Below are positions 1-8,966 of a stretch of DNA of 59,177 nt, piece after piece. Under the pieces are notes generated by a model, which made no database searches, had not been told where the DNA came from, and saw only the letters and a program-made list of their open reading frames with translations. Every line of letters starts with the position of its first letter. The stretch's first letter is position 1. Where the stretch lies: positions 1-59,177 of the forward strand of contig JAOAGZ010000004.1 of NCBI GenBank assembly GCA_026415495.1, in the 5' to 3' direction. This DNA comes from Ignavibacteria bacterium (GTDB taxonomy: Bacteria > Bacteroidota > Ignavibacteria > Kapaibacteriales > UBA2268). The position numbers were made by a program, and so were the translations under genes.

Positions 1-364
1 AGTTTAGAGTTTCGCCAGGGAAAAATCCTTCTTTTACGTTTGGAGTAAGAGTATCATTTTCCCAAACGTTCAAAGCATAGTTCATATCGTTAGTTGTGCC
101 TTGCCAAACAATGTAGCCGCCACATTTGCGGACAGTGCCATCATAGAAGAACACACCAATAGCGTCGCCAGCCGCCATCGGACGACCATTGATCATAAAT
201 ACACCACCATATTGCACAGGTTTGAATAGGATTGTTCCGTATTCACCCGGATTTGGTGTAACAGCCCACGAAGTTGTAGGTGGAGCTGAAGTTTGAGCAA
301 CTGAAGATTCAGTTACTCCCACAAATAATAAAAGAATTAAACAAATGATAGATAATTGCTTCAT
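1..364 (-). CDS. Secreted/surface protein, 5' part only (runs off the window start); absent from the supplied ORF track
   Basis: Manual translation from ATG at 364, with AGGAG upstream: MKQLSIICLILLLFVGVTESSVAQTSAPPTTSWAVTPNPGEYG...GDAIGVFFYDGTVRKCGGYIVWQG...ALNVWENDTLTPNVKEGFFPGETLN. Open to base 1; Sec signal peptide ending in A-Q. Confidence 0.8.
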   Translation of the reverse strand, partial: MKQLSIICLILLLFVGVTESSVAQTSAPPTTSWAVTPNPGEYGTILFKPVQYGGVFMINGRPMAAGDAIGVFFYDGTVRKCGGYIVWQGTTNDMNYALNVWENDTLTPNVKEGFFPGETLN

Positions 365-652
365 ATAAAGCTCCTATATGTGAAAAAAAAATCTATAAAA
401 TTCAATACCTGACTTACTTAGTATTATTAGAAATATTAATTTACTTCAATATTTTCAATACTTTCAACAAATCTAATAAATAATATGAAAATTCAAAACA
501 TTTTTTTTTCTTTTTTTATATTTTTAATTCACACTGGAATGATGAGCAAATACAATAAAAAAAATTAATCAAAACTGTTGAAAAAAATCAATTTTGAGAG
601 AAACTTATTTAATAATTGTTACGTTTATATACAAATATTATTTTGAATTTGT

Positions 653-660
653 TATATTTG
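653..660 (+). promoter_or_regulatory. Bacteroidota-type sigmaA -7 element (TAnnTTTG) for ctpA
   Basis: TATATTTG about 30 nt upstream of ATG 692; the same box recurs before many genes in the window. Confidence 0.55.
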
Positions 661-691
661 ATTATTATAAGTTTTACAGTAGGGAACAATA

Positions 692-2347
692 ATGTATAGA
701 AGAATTTCGCTCTATCTATCTCTTCTTGGATTAGGAATAGTTGCTGGTGTGTTCTTAAGTCCTTTAATTTCAGGCGATAATATTTTCGACCAGCTTGAAA
801 AATACAAAACAGTATTTAACACAGCATTCAAAAATTATGTCGATGAAGTATCACCGAGCACACTCACAGAATCTGCAATCAAAGGGATGCTAAGCGACCT
901 CGATCCGCACTCTACCTATATTAATGCCGAAGAAATGCAGCGTGTAGATGAAGATATGCGCGGTTCTTTCGAAGGAATTGGTGTTCAGTTTGACATAATT
1001 AGCGATACAATAACTGTAATTTCTCCTATTGCTGGCGGACCAAGTGAAGCTGTTGGAATTCTTGCCGGAGATAAAATTGTTAAAATTGATGGCGCGTCTG
1101 CAATAGGAATGAAACAGGAAGATGTACCTAAAAAGTTGCGTGGTCCGAAAGGCACAAAAGTAGAATTAGAAATCTATCGTCCCGGACAGAAGGGAACGAT
1201 GAGTTTCACAATTATCAGAGATAAGATTCCACTGCATAGCGTAACTGCTGCTTACATTTTGGAAGGAACAGATATTGGAGTAATTTCTATTAATCGTTTT
1301 GCAGCAACCACTCACGAAGAGATGCTTAATGCTGCAAATGAATTACGCAGTCAAGGAATGAAGAGACTAATTCTTGACTTGCGTGGAAATCCGGGTGGCT
1401 ATCTCAATCAGGCATTTTTGATGGCTGATGAGTTCTTACCGGGGCAAGGAGATACAATCGTTTATACTCTGGGTCGAATGGACGATGCCAACGAAGTATA
1501 CCGTTCGCGTCGTGGTAACCAACTTGAAGATATTCCTTTAGTTGTATTGATTGATTATGGCTCTGCTTCTGCGAGTGAGATTGTATCTGGTGCAATTCAG
1601 GATTTAGATCGTGGGCTAATTGTTGGAACTACTTCGTTTGGGAAGGGACTTGTTCAAAGGCAATATCCGTTGCAAGATGGTTCAGCATTCAGATTAACAA
1701 TTGCAAGATACTATACTCCATCAGGTCGTTCAATTCAGAGACCATATAAAGACAAAGATAAGTATTTTAAACGTTTTATGGAACGTTTTGAACTCGAAGA
1801 AGGATTAAATCTTGATCATACAATTGAAAAAATGAAAGCTGAAAAAGGAAAAGACAAAATCGAACTCGATTCCATTCCATTATTTAAGACACGTGCTGGA
1901 AGAACTGTGTTAGGCGGTGGTGGAATTACACCTGATTATATAGTAAAAAGTGATACAATTACTAAATTATCAGCACAAATTCGCAGCAAAAACCTTTATA
2001 ATGAGTTTATTAATACTCGTTATAATAGTGGAAAAGAATTAAGAGCAAAATACGAAAATAATTTCAGTGCGTTCTACAAAGAATTCAATGTATCGAATGA
2101 TGATTTGAAAGCTTTCAGAAAATTTGTCGAAAGCAAGGAAATTAAATGGGACGAAAAAGATTTTGAAACTGACAAAGACTATATTAAAACTGTAATAAAG
2201 GCTCTGCTCGCCAACATTATTTTTGACCGTTCAAAGCAAGCCTTAGTATTTAGTGATATTGACAGACAATTGCAAGTTGCTAAAAATTTATTCCCAGAAG
2301 CTGAAAAAATTGCACGAATGGGTCAAAATAAAGGAAAGAAAAAGTAA
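692..2347 (+). CDS. ctpA: Carboxy-terminal processing protease (S41A, PDZ domain)
   Basis: N-terminal TM, LDPHS motif, PDZ (GIGVQF...GPSEAVGILAGDKI), DLRGNPGG, catalytic SASASEI and SFGKGLVQ motifs. Confidence 0.93.
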   Translation: MYRRISLYLSLLGLGIVAGVFLSPLISGDNIFDQLEKYKTVFNTAFKNYVDEVSPSTLTESAIKGMLSDLDPHSTYINAEEMQRVDEDMRGSFEGIGVQFDIISDTITVISPIAGGPSEAVGILAGDKIVKIDGASAIGMKQEDVPKKLRGPKGTKVELEIYRPGQKGTMSFTIIRDKIPLHSVTAAYILEGTDIGVISINRFAATTHEEMLNAANELRSQGMKRLILDLRGNPGGYLNQAFLMADEFLPGQGDTIVYTLGRMDDANEVYRSRRGNQLEDIPLVVLIDYGSASASEIVSGAIQDLDRGLIVGTTSFGKGLVQRQYPLQDGSAFRLTIARYYTPSGRSIQRPYKDKDKYFKRFMERFELEEGLNLDHTIEKMKAEKGKDKIELDSIPLFKTRAGRTVLGGGGITPDYIVKSDTITKLSAQIRSKNLYNEFINTRYNSGKELRAKYENNFSAFYKEFNVSNDDLKAFRKFVESKEIKWDEKDFETDKDYIKTVIKALLANIIFDRSKQALVFSDIDRQLQVAKNLFPEAEKIARMGQNKGKKK

Positions 2348-2370
2348 TAAAATCAACAAATAGTAATAAT

Positions 2371-2406
2371 AAAGAGGCTGTCCGAAAAATTCAGACAGCC
2401 TTTTTT
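2371..2406. terminator. Bidirectional intrinsic terminator between convergent ctpA and LRR genes
   Basis: AGGCTGTC(2375-2382)...GACAGCCT(2394-2401) stem flanked by A- and T-runs. Confidence 0.8.
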
Positions 2407-2430
2407 ATATTAATAAACTATGTTCAAAAA

Positions 2431-3363
2431 TTAAGACCAAATAATGTTTACACCTTTGAGCATTTCATTTATCTTGCGTTTCTCTTCTTCACTAAAATTA
2501 TTTTTAGTTAGAATAACGCTCTTCAAATTTTTGCAATTGACAATGCTTTGAGGAAGAGAAGAAAGCTCGTTGAAACTTAAATCGAGTTCCTGTAATTCAA
2601 CTAAGTTCCCAAAATTTTCAGGCAATTCCTGAAGTTCGTTTTCATAAAGAAACAGTTTTCTTAATTTTTTCAAATTGCAGATAGATGAAGGCAAATTCGA
2701 CAATAAATTTTTATAAACACGGAATTTTTGCAAGTTTTCGAGTTCGCCGAAGCACTCAGGAAGTTCAGCTAAATTATTCTCGTGAACTTCAAGTTTTTCT
2801 AATTTTTTTAAGTTGCAAATAGAGTTGGGCAATTTAGCAAGGAAGTTGCCAGGTGCACGAAGTTTTACTAAGTTTTCTAATTTTCCAATGCTTTCGGGGA
2901 GTTCGGATATTTCATTTTCGCTAAGAACAAGTTCTTGTAAATTGCTCAAATTACCAATACTATCGGGAAGCCTTTTAATTTTGTTATTGTTTAGCCCTAA
3001 GCGTTTTAAGTTTGCGAGATCACCAATGCTTTCAGGAAGTTTTTCGATTTCGTTCCAGCTAAGCACAAGCACAACAAGGTTTTTCAATTCAGTAATGGAT
3101 TTTGGAACATTTTTGATTTTGTTTCCACTCAAATCTAACTTTCTGAGGGATTTGAGCTGAGAGATTTCGTCAGGAATCTCTTCTATCTGATTATTCCAAA
3201 GTATTAAATCTTCTAAGTTAGGGAATTCGAAAATTTGTTCCGGGAATTTGTTTAAATCTTTGAAATGTAGGTCTAAGCGAGTAACATTAAGAGGATCTTT
3301 GAGAGCAGCCTCGATTGAAAAGAAAGTAATCGAGGGATTTTGAGTGCTTGCTTCGGTATTCAT
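2431..3363 (-). CDS. Leucine-rich repeat protein (about 11 tandem 23-aa LRRs)
   Basis: Repeated LxxLxLxxNxI/LxxLPxxIxxLxx units; GGAGG SD upstream; no signal peptide or catalytic domain. Confidence 0.9.
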   Translation of the reverse strand: MNTEASTQNPSITFFSIEAALKDPLNVTRLDLHFKDLNKFPEQIFEFPNLEDLILWNNQIEEIPDEISQLKSLRKLDLSGNKIKNVPKSITELKNLVVLVLSWNEIEKLPESIGDLANLKRLGLNNNKIKRLPDSIGNLSNLQELVLSENEISELPESIGKLENLVKLRAPGNFLAKLPNSICNLKKLEKLEVHENNLAELPECFGELENLQKFRVYKNLLSNLPSSICNLKKLRKLFLYENELQELPENFGNLVELQELDLSFNELSSLPQSIVNCKNLKSVILTKNNFSEEEKRKINEMLKGVNIIWS

Positions 3364-3441
3364 TTCGCCTCCGTTTCTTATATTAGTGCAAGAATTTTTT
3401 CTATATAATAGTTAAAAAAAAATTAAAAAACAACATATATT

Positions 3442-3990
3442 TTATAGATACAAGAGTAAAATCAGAATGGGAATAATGATTCCAATAATTCCCAGAATAG
3501 TGCCTCTCCATTTCAAACCATTTTTTCCTTTTATGATAAAAAGTCCGGATATAGCAAGAAAAGCAAGAGCCACACAGTAAAAGTCCGAGAAATAAGTCCA
3601 GGTTTTTCCCGGATTATAATGCATTTTATTCAAATGGAAAAACAATGGACGGCGTTTAATAGTCTCAATTTCGCAATAGCCTGTATTTAGTTCGCAGGTA
3701 ACACTACCACCATCAATAAAGATTTTTAGTATATTATTTTTTGGGAAGTAGTGGCTTTTGTATGAATCAACATTAACAGAACTGAGGATTTCAGAAACCT
3801 TTTGTTTGTCAATCTGCTCGCGGGATAGATTGGCATTTATTTGGAATGCCTCTTTTCTAATAATATAATTAGGGTTCCAGTCCTTAATATGATTAATGGC
3901 AATTCCAGAAATCGCGTAAATCAGAGTCATACCAATAAAGAAATACCCAAGGTCGCGATGAAGGGTACGATTAAGTTTGTATAAATTCAT
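3442..3990 (-). CDS. PepSY-associated TM helix family membrane protein
   Basis: HRDLGYFF...YAISGIAINH near the N-terminus, LNKMHYNPG, ISGLF; three TM helices. Confidence 0.8.
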   Translation of the reverse strand: MNLYKLNRTLHRDLGYFFIGMTLIYAISGIAINHIKDWNPNYIIRKEAFQINANLSREQIDKQKVSEILSSVNVDSYKSHYFPKNNILKIFIDGGSVTCELNTGYCEIETIKRRPLFFHLNKMHYNPGKTWTYFSDFYCVALAFLAISGLFIIKGKNGLKWRGTILGIIGIIIPILILLLYL

Positions 3991-4020
3991 AATTAAATGT
4001 AGTTAGTTGGACATATATAT

Positions 4021-4052
4021 AAAAATATCGAGACGCTAAAAGGCGTCTCGAT
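4021..4052 (-). terminator. Intrinsic terminator after the dipeptidase-birA-coaX-lipoprotein run
   Basis: Perfect 10-bp stem ATCGAGACGC/GCGTCTCGAT with T-tail on the minus strand. Confidence 0.75.
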
Positions 4053-4074
4053 TAGAAATGAGCAATACAATTGC

Positions 4075-4584
4075 TTATATTTTTTTAAAAGAGATAGCTT
4101 TCATAGTGAATTTCGGAACATATCCTTTAGGACTATTTTGAATTCTTTGTTTTAGATTTTCAACTTTTTTCATACTTTCTTCGAATTCGCATGAGTGTTC
4201 AGTATTATCCTTCGACTCGGCTTTGATTTCTTCTTCTAATTTATTTGCATATTCCATATCGAGTTTTTCTTCTTCAAGAGTGCCAACGACAGAAACTTTA
4301 GTTCCTTCTAAATCCTTTGGGAAAGAAGAAATTTTATCGGAAACAAGAATCTGTATTTTTTGTTCAGGATTATCCGGATTGCCGATGAACATTTTTTTGC
4401 CACTGTGTGCACATACGTGGAGCACCATACCTTCGAGTTCAACTTGTCCGCCTTTGTATTCAAAATTATCTGATAAAAGTTCATCAAAAGTTAATTTCTT
4501 AATTTCATCAACAGGCTTTTCTGCTTGCTTGCAAGAAAAAAGAACAAAAGCAAACACAACAAATAATAATAATGTTTTTTTCAT
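4075..4584 (-). CDS. Lipoprotein, OB-fold-like, with HVCxxxG motif
   Basis: Likely start at 4584 (MKKTLLLFVVFAFVLFSC lipobox); GxVxHVCAHSGKK and VxVxGxL segments. Confidence 0.7.
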   Translation of the reverse strand: MKKTLLLFVVFAFVLFSCKQAEKPVDEIKKLTFDELLSDNFEYKGGQVELEGMVLHVCAHSGKKMFIGNPDNPEQKIQILVSDKISSFPKDLEGTKVSVVGTLEEEKLDMEYANKLEEEIKAESKDNTEHSCEFEESMKKVENLKQRIQNSPKGYVPKFTMKAISFKKI

Positions 4585-4636
4585 AGTAATTTCCTTAATA
4601 CAATGTAATAAAATACTATACAAATTAACAAAAAAA

Positions 4637-5392
4637 TTAGAAATTTTTAACTGATTTTGCTAATTTTTGAAGACCTTTTAAAACAAGATTTGGCTCGAAA
4701 TGAACATCGAAGCCGCTCAGATTTTCAGCAATAAGTGCACCATCTCCACCAGTAACAACAACTGTGGGTTTTTGCCGCTTAAGTTTCTTGCGAGAAAGGT
4801 TTGTTATCACTTCTTTTATTCCCCCTATAACGGAGCTGAAAATACCTATTTGTATAGCTTCAACTGTATTTGTTCCGTAGATTGAGGCTGGTTTTACAGT
4901 ATCAACGAGCGGGAGCAAAGAAGTGAATTGTTCCAATGCTTTCGCCTGAGTTCGCAATCCTGGGAAAACGGCACCACCCAAAGCAATATTAGGTTCAACC
5001 AGAATATTTATGGTAATAGCAGTTCCACAATCAACAGTAACAAGCGGAGGAGAAAACTCATCAACTGTTGCGATAAGTCCAAGGCGTCTGTCAATTCCCA
5101 TTCCTTCGACACGTGAAAAGCTAATAATGTTGGATTTCTCTATAATATCAGAAGCATTAGAGAAAGGAACATTCTTTTCTTTCAATAATTTAATTAAAGA
5201 TGAATAAGCTTCTTGATTAACACTTGAAACAACAATGAACTTATAATCGATATCGGCAAAAACGGTTTTTTCAAGTTTTTTCAACCAATCATCATAATGA
5301 AGCTCATAAACAGAGAAAATATCATCGTCGAGCAATTTAATTCTACTATTTCCAATATCAATAGCAAGTGTTTTTTTCTTAATCCAGTTCAT
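4637..5392 (-). CDS. coaX: Type III pantothenate kinase
   Basis: AIDIGNSRIK, MGIDR, VDCGTAIT and VTGGDG motifs; adjacent to birA. Confidence 0.92.
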   Translation of the reverse strand: MNWIKKKTLAIDIGNSRIKLLDDDIFSVYELHYDDWLKKLEKTVFADIDYKFIVVSSVNQEAYSSLIKLLKEKNVPFSNASDIIEKSNIISFSRVEGMGIDRRLGLIATVDEFSPPLVTVDCGTAITINILVEPNIALGGAVFPGLRTQAKALEQFTSLLPLVDTVKPASIYGTNTVEAIQIGIFSSVIGGIKEVITNLSRKKLKRQKPTVVVTGGDGALIAENLSGFDVHFEPNLVLKGLQKLAKSVKNF

Positions 5393-6110
5393 ATCTTATC
5401 GAGTTAGAGTTATCAACAATTGTCAATTCGCCAGTATCAATAGATTGTAGTTCTAATTGTCCGTTTGGATATAGTTTTTTTGCAATCCACAGACCACTTT
5501 TATTACTAACAATGATAATTTTGTCGAATACATTTAATTTATTTGACCATTCTTCAAATATCTTATTAGAAGGATAGTTTAGATATTTTTTAATATTATT
5601 TGATAGAGGTTCTATCAATTTTTCGGGTTCGGTTTCGATACCCAAAAGCGACAAGGAGGTAGGATTAATACCTTCGGAAATTGGAAATTCTCGCTGATTA
5701 ACATTAATACCAATTCCAATTACAGAGTTTTCGCACCGTTCGCCCGAAAATGAATGTTCAACAAGAACACCGCTGATTTTTTTCCATCCGTTTGGACACT
5801 TTGCATAAACATCGTTTGGGTATTTCAAGCGAAAAGCTACATTTGGAGCAATGGACATGAGCAGTTTCAACACTGCGAGGCAACCTATAAACTGGTAGGA
5901 AACGAGTTCTTCATAATTTACTTCTTTATGATGTTTTTTGCCATATGAGTAATATAGGTTACTTTTATATTCACCGAACCAGTTTTTCTCGTTTCTACCA
6001 CGTCCTTTTGTCTGGAATTCAGCAGTAACAACCACTTCATCTTCTATTTGAAGAAGATGTCCGATGTAATCGTTTGTAGAAGAAATTTCGCCAAAATGAT
6101 AGTGTTTCAT
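5379..6110 (-). CDS. birA: Biotin--protein ligase (monofunctional, no HTH)
   Basis: SSTND, QTKGRGR, KYPND, KISGVL, GIGINVN motifs. Confidence 0.92.
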   Translation of the reverse strand: MKHYHFGEISSTNDYIGHLLQIEDEVVVTAEFQTKGRGRNEKNWFGEYKSNLYYSYGKKHHKEVNYEELVSYQFIGCLAVLKLLMSIAPNVAFRLKYPNDVYAKCPNGWKKISGVLVEHSFSGERCENSVIGIGINVNQREFPISEGINPTSLSLLGIETEPEKLIEPLSNNIKKYLNYPSNKIFEEWSNKLNVFDKIIIVSNKSGLWIAKKLYPNGQLELQSIDTGELTIVDNSNSIRYELD

Positions 6111-6113
6111 ACC

Positions 6114-7010
6114 TTATTGAAGATAGTTCAGAGTAAAATCTTTCAAATTTCTAAACATAATTTTATCGATTAAATCATCATCGGAAAGTGCAATTTTAAG
6201 CATTTCATAAATTTCCGGGTAACTTTCGACACCAGAGAAAGGACAATGAGTAATACCATCGAAATCAGCACCAAATCCCAAAACATTTTCACCACCGAGT
6301 TTCAAGATATGTTGAATATGTTCAATCATTTTGTTTTTAAGATTGTCTTGCTCGCTACCTAAGAAATTAGAATAAAGATTAATGCCGATAAAACCATTTC
6401 TTTTAATAATTTCCTGAATTTGTTCATCATAAAGGTTTCTTGGATGGTCGAAAATTGCACGAGCGTTTGAGTGCGAGGCAATAAAAGGAGATGAAATTGT
6501 GCTGGCAACATCATCGAAGCCAGCAATATTTAAATGAGAAACATCAACAATCATTTTGAGTTTTTCCATTTCGAGGATAACTTCTTTTCCAAAAGAAGTG
6601 AGTCCGAAAGGTTCATCAATGCCATCAGCAAGAAAATTTCTATGGTTCCAGGTCAAGGTCATTGCACGCACGCCAAGTGAGTGAAAAGCATAAAGATTAT
6701 TTATATCGTTAATAATTGGAGCAGCACCTTCGATAGAAAGCAGAATATTTACTTTACTTTCGTCGTAATCGCTTGATTTTGTAAGCAATTGAACTCCGTC
6801 AGAGATTTGTTTCCGGAGGCGACCGAGACAATTAACAGCAAAGCTTAAAGCGGTATCGCCAGCGAGTTCAGGTTCAGTAAACAGGGCAAAATATTGGAGC
6901 TTACCACCAACGGATTGAAATTTCGGCAAATTCCAATGAGCATTTTCACTAAAAAAAATGTTGTTTCTATATGCGGTCAAAGTATCGCAATGAGCATCTG
7001 ATATTTTCAT
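6114..7010 (-). CDS. Membrane dipeptidase family (M19) metallopeptidase
   Basis: DAHCDT, SIEG, LTWN, DVSH, SHSN and GADFDG motifs. Confidence 0.9.
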   Translation of the reverse strand: MKISDAHCDTLTAYRNNIFFSENAHWNLPKFQSVGGKLQYFALFTEPELAGDTALSFAVNCLGRLRKQISDGVQLLTKSSDYDESKVNILLSIEGAAPIINDINNLYAFHSLGVRAMTLTWNHRNFLADGIDEPFGLTSFGKEVILEMEKLKMIVDVSHLNIAGFDDVASTISSPFIASHSNARAIFDHPRNLYDEQIQEIIKRNGFIGINLYSNFLGSEQDNLKNKMIEHIQHILKLGGENVLGFGADFDGITHCPFSGVESYPEIYEMLKIALSDDDLIDKIMFRNLKDFTLNYLQ

Positions 7011-7033
7011 AACTTTCCTTTAATATTAAAGTG

Positions 7034-7041
7034 CAAATATA
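7034..7041 (-). promoter_or_regulatory. Bacteroidota-type -7 element for the dipeptidase-birA-coaX operon
   Basis: CAAATATA on + equals TATATTTG on -, 24 nt before ATG 7010. Confidence 0.5.
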
Positions 7042-7126
7042 TGTATTTTTTTATTTTTTGATAATAAAAATTAAATAAGTTGTTTAAATAATGAACACTT
7101 AATTTTTTTCTTGTATTTTTTTTAAT

Positions 7127-7134
7127 TAATTTTG
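7127..7134 (+). promoter_or_regulatory. Bacteroidota-type -7 element for ftsY
   Basis: TAATTTTG, followed by GGAG SD before ATG 7157. Confidence 0.5.
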
Positions 7135-7156
7135 AGTTCAAAACAATGGAGCAGAA

Positions 7157-8233
7157 ATGAATTTTTTTAAGAAGATAAAAGATAAAGTAACTGAACAAGT
7201 AAGCAAAGTATCAGAACAAGTAGAAAAAGCAACCACACAATTTACCGAAGCAGTCAAGCAGGCAACTTCGGCACTTGGTTTTGATAAAATAAAGCAAGGA
7301 TTATCGAAAACCCGTAATTCTTTGGTAGATAATTTAAAGGCATTGCTCGGCGGAGGAAGAAAAATTGACGATGCGTTGATAGATGAAATTGAGGAAATAC
7401 TTATTTTATCAGATATTGGGGTAGCAACAACTGAGAAGATTATTGAAACACTGCGAAAAAGGGTTAAGCGAGAAGGTTACGAAAATGCAGAAGATTTATA
7501 TGTTCTTTTGAAACAAGAAATACTAAATTTACTTGTTGAATCGCCATCTGCAAAAAATGATGCAATATATGAAATACCAGATGAAAACACGCCTTGGGTA
7601 ATTATTGTTGTTGGAGTAAATGGTGTTGGGAAAACAACAACAATTGGCAAACTTGCATACAATTATAAGTCTGCCGGCAAAAGCGTAGTTATTGGAGCGG
7701 CTGATACTTTTAGAGCAGCTGCAAACGAACAGTTAGAGATATGGGCTGAGCGGGCAGGAGTCGAGATTATTCAGCAACAGCAAGGAGCCGACCCCGCAGC
7801 AGTAGCATTCGATACCCTTAAATCGGCTATATCAAAGAAAAAAGACGTGGTAATTATTGATACAGCCGGAAGATTACATAACAAAGGACATTTGATGGCT
7901 GAACTCGAAAAAATATCAAGAGTTGTGAAAAAATTGAAGCCCGATGCTCCAAATGATGTTTATTTGATTTTGGATGCCACAACCGGGCAAAATGCAATAC
8001 AGCAAGCAAAAGAGTTCTCGAAAGTTGCGAATATTACAGGCATAGTTTTAACTAAATTAGATGGAACAGCAAAGGGCGGGGTAGTTATACCAATTGCAAA
8101 TGAATTGAACATTCCCGTTAGATACATAGGAGTTGGCGAAAAGATTGATGATTTGCAGCCATTCGACCCTAAAGCTTTTGTTGATGCATTATTCGAGGAC
8201 AGAGCAACTAACGAAGAAAATATACAAGAGTAG
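7157..8233 (+). CDS. ftsY: Signal recognition particle receptor FtsY
   Basis: GLSKTR, GVNGVGKTTT, DTFRAAA, DTAGR, TKLDGTAKGG and IGVGE motifs. Confidence 0.97.
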   Translation: MNFFKKIKDKVTEQVSKVSEQVEKATTQFTEAVKQATSALGFDKIKQGLSKTRNSLVDNLKALLGGGRKIDDALIDEIEEILILSDIGVATTEKIIETLRKRVKREGYENAEDLYVLLKQEILNLLVESPSAKNDAIYEIPDENTPWVIIVVGVNGVGKTTTIGKLAYNYKSAGKSVVIGAADTFRAAANEQLEIWAERAGVEIIQQQQGADPAAVAFDTLKSAISKKKDVVIIDTAGRLHNKGHLMAELEKISRVVKKLKPDAPNDVYLILDATTGQNAIQQAKEFSKVANITGIVLTKLDGTAKGGVVIPIANELNIPVRYIGVGEKIDDLQPFDPKAFVDALFEDRATNEENIQE

Positions 8234-8966
8234 TGGCAGATTGCCAGACAATGTAAGCAGAAAGAACAAAAATTAAGGAAAATACTATATAAAGAACAAT
8301 TCTATAAGTTAGTTTTCCTTTGATTGAAATTAAGTGAAATAGTATTCCAAAAGCAGCAGTAAGAGATAATATAAAGAGCAAAAGCTCTTTATTTGTTTTT
8401 ACATTTACTTTTTCGAAATTAGTTTTAGTCCAAAATTCGTGTGAATAAACTTTTATTGGAACTGATGGCACAGCAAAAGCATATCCAATGAAAGGGTCTG
8501 TTTTGTAGCGAAAACCAGCTAATTTAACAATTCCGATAATATCATAATCATTCGCACCGCTTCGAGCATCGACTTCAATTAACGAGTGTTTTGGAACAGA
8601 AAATATTGGTGTTTTGTTGTAATTAATAGGCGATTGATTGTAGATGGGCTCCCAAATATCCGTCTTGAATTTTCTACCAATTAGCAAGAATTTTTGATTA
8701 GTATTTTCTGTATTTTCAATAAACAACTGTTGAACATTATCTGTTGGGTTAAAATAGTTCTCGACGTAAGGGAAAGCAAACGGAATGATGAAGTAGAAAA
8801 AAGATGCCCAAAAAGGAACAAGTATTAATATTTTTAGTGTCCATAAAATCGCTGAAGACGCAATCCATTCTTTGCGAAAGATTTTTCGTAACCACAAAAA
8901 AATATAAAAAGCAAAAGCAAGAATAAATATGTAATAATAGTTTTCCAAATTCATAAAACCAATCAA
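8208..8966 (-). CDS. Hypothetical membrane protein (two N-terminal and two C-terminal TMs around a soluble loop)
   Basis: 252-aa ORF; start overlaps the stop of the upstream kinase; hydrophobic segments at both ends. Confidence 0.65.
   Translation of the reverse strand: MIGFMNLENYYYIFILAFAFYIFLWLRKIFRKEWIASSAILWTLKILILVPFWASFFYFIIPFAFPYVENYFNPTDNVQQLFIENTENTNQKFLLIGRKFKTDIWEPIYNQSPINYNKTPIFSVPKHSLIEVDARSGANDYDIIGIVKLAGFRYKTDPFIGYAFAVPSVPIKVYSHEFWTKTNFEKVNVKTNKELLLFILSLTAAFGILFHLISIKGKLTYRIVLYIVFSLIFVLSAYIVWQSATTLVYFLR

Noticed and set aside
2431-3363. Roughly 69-bp periodicity resembling a repeat array
   Set aside because: It is the degenerate coding repeat of the LRR protein; there are no identical repeats with unique spacers, so it is not CRISPR.
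7007-7198. 63-aa ORF between the dipeptidase and ftsY
   Set aside because: It spans an AT-rich divergent promoter region and overlaps ftsY antisense; low-complexity K/F/Y/N content.
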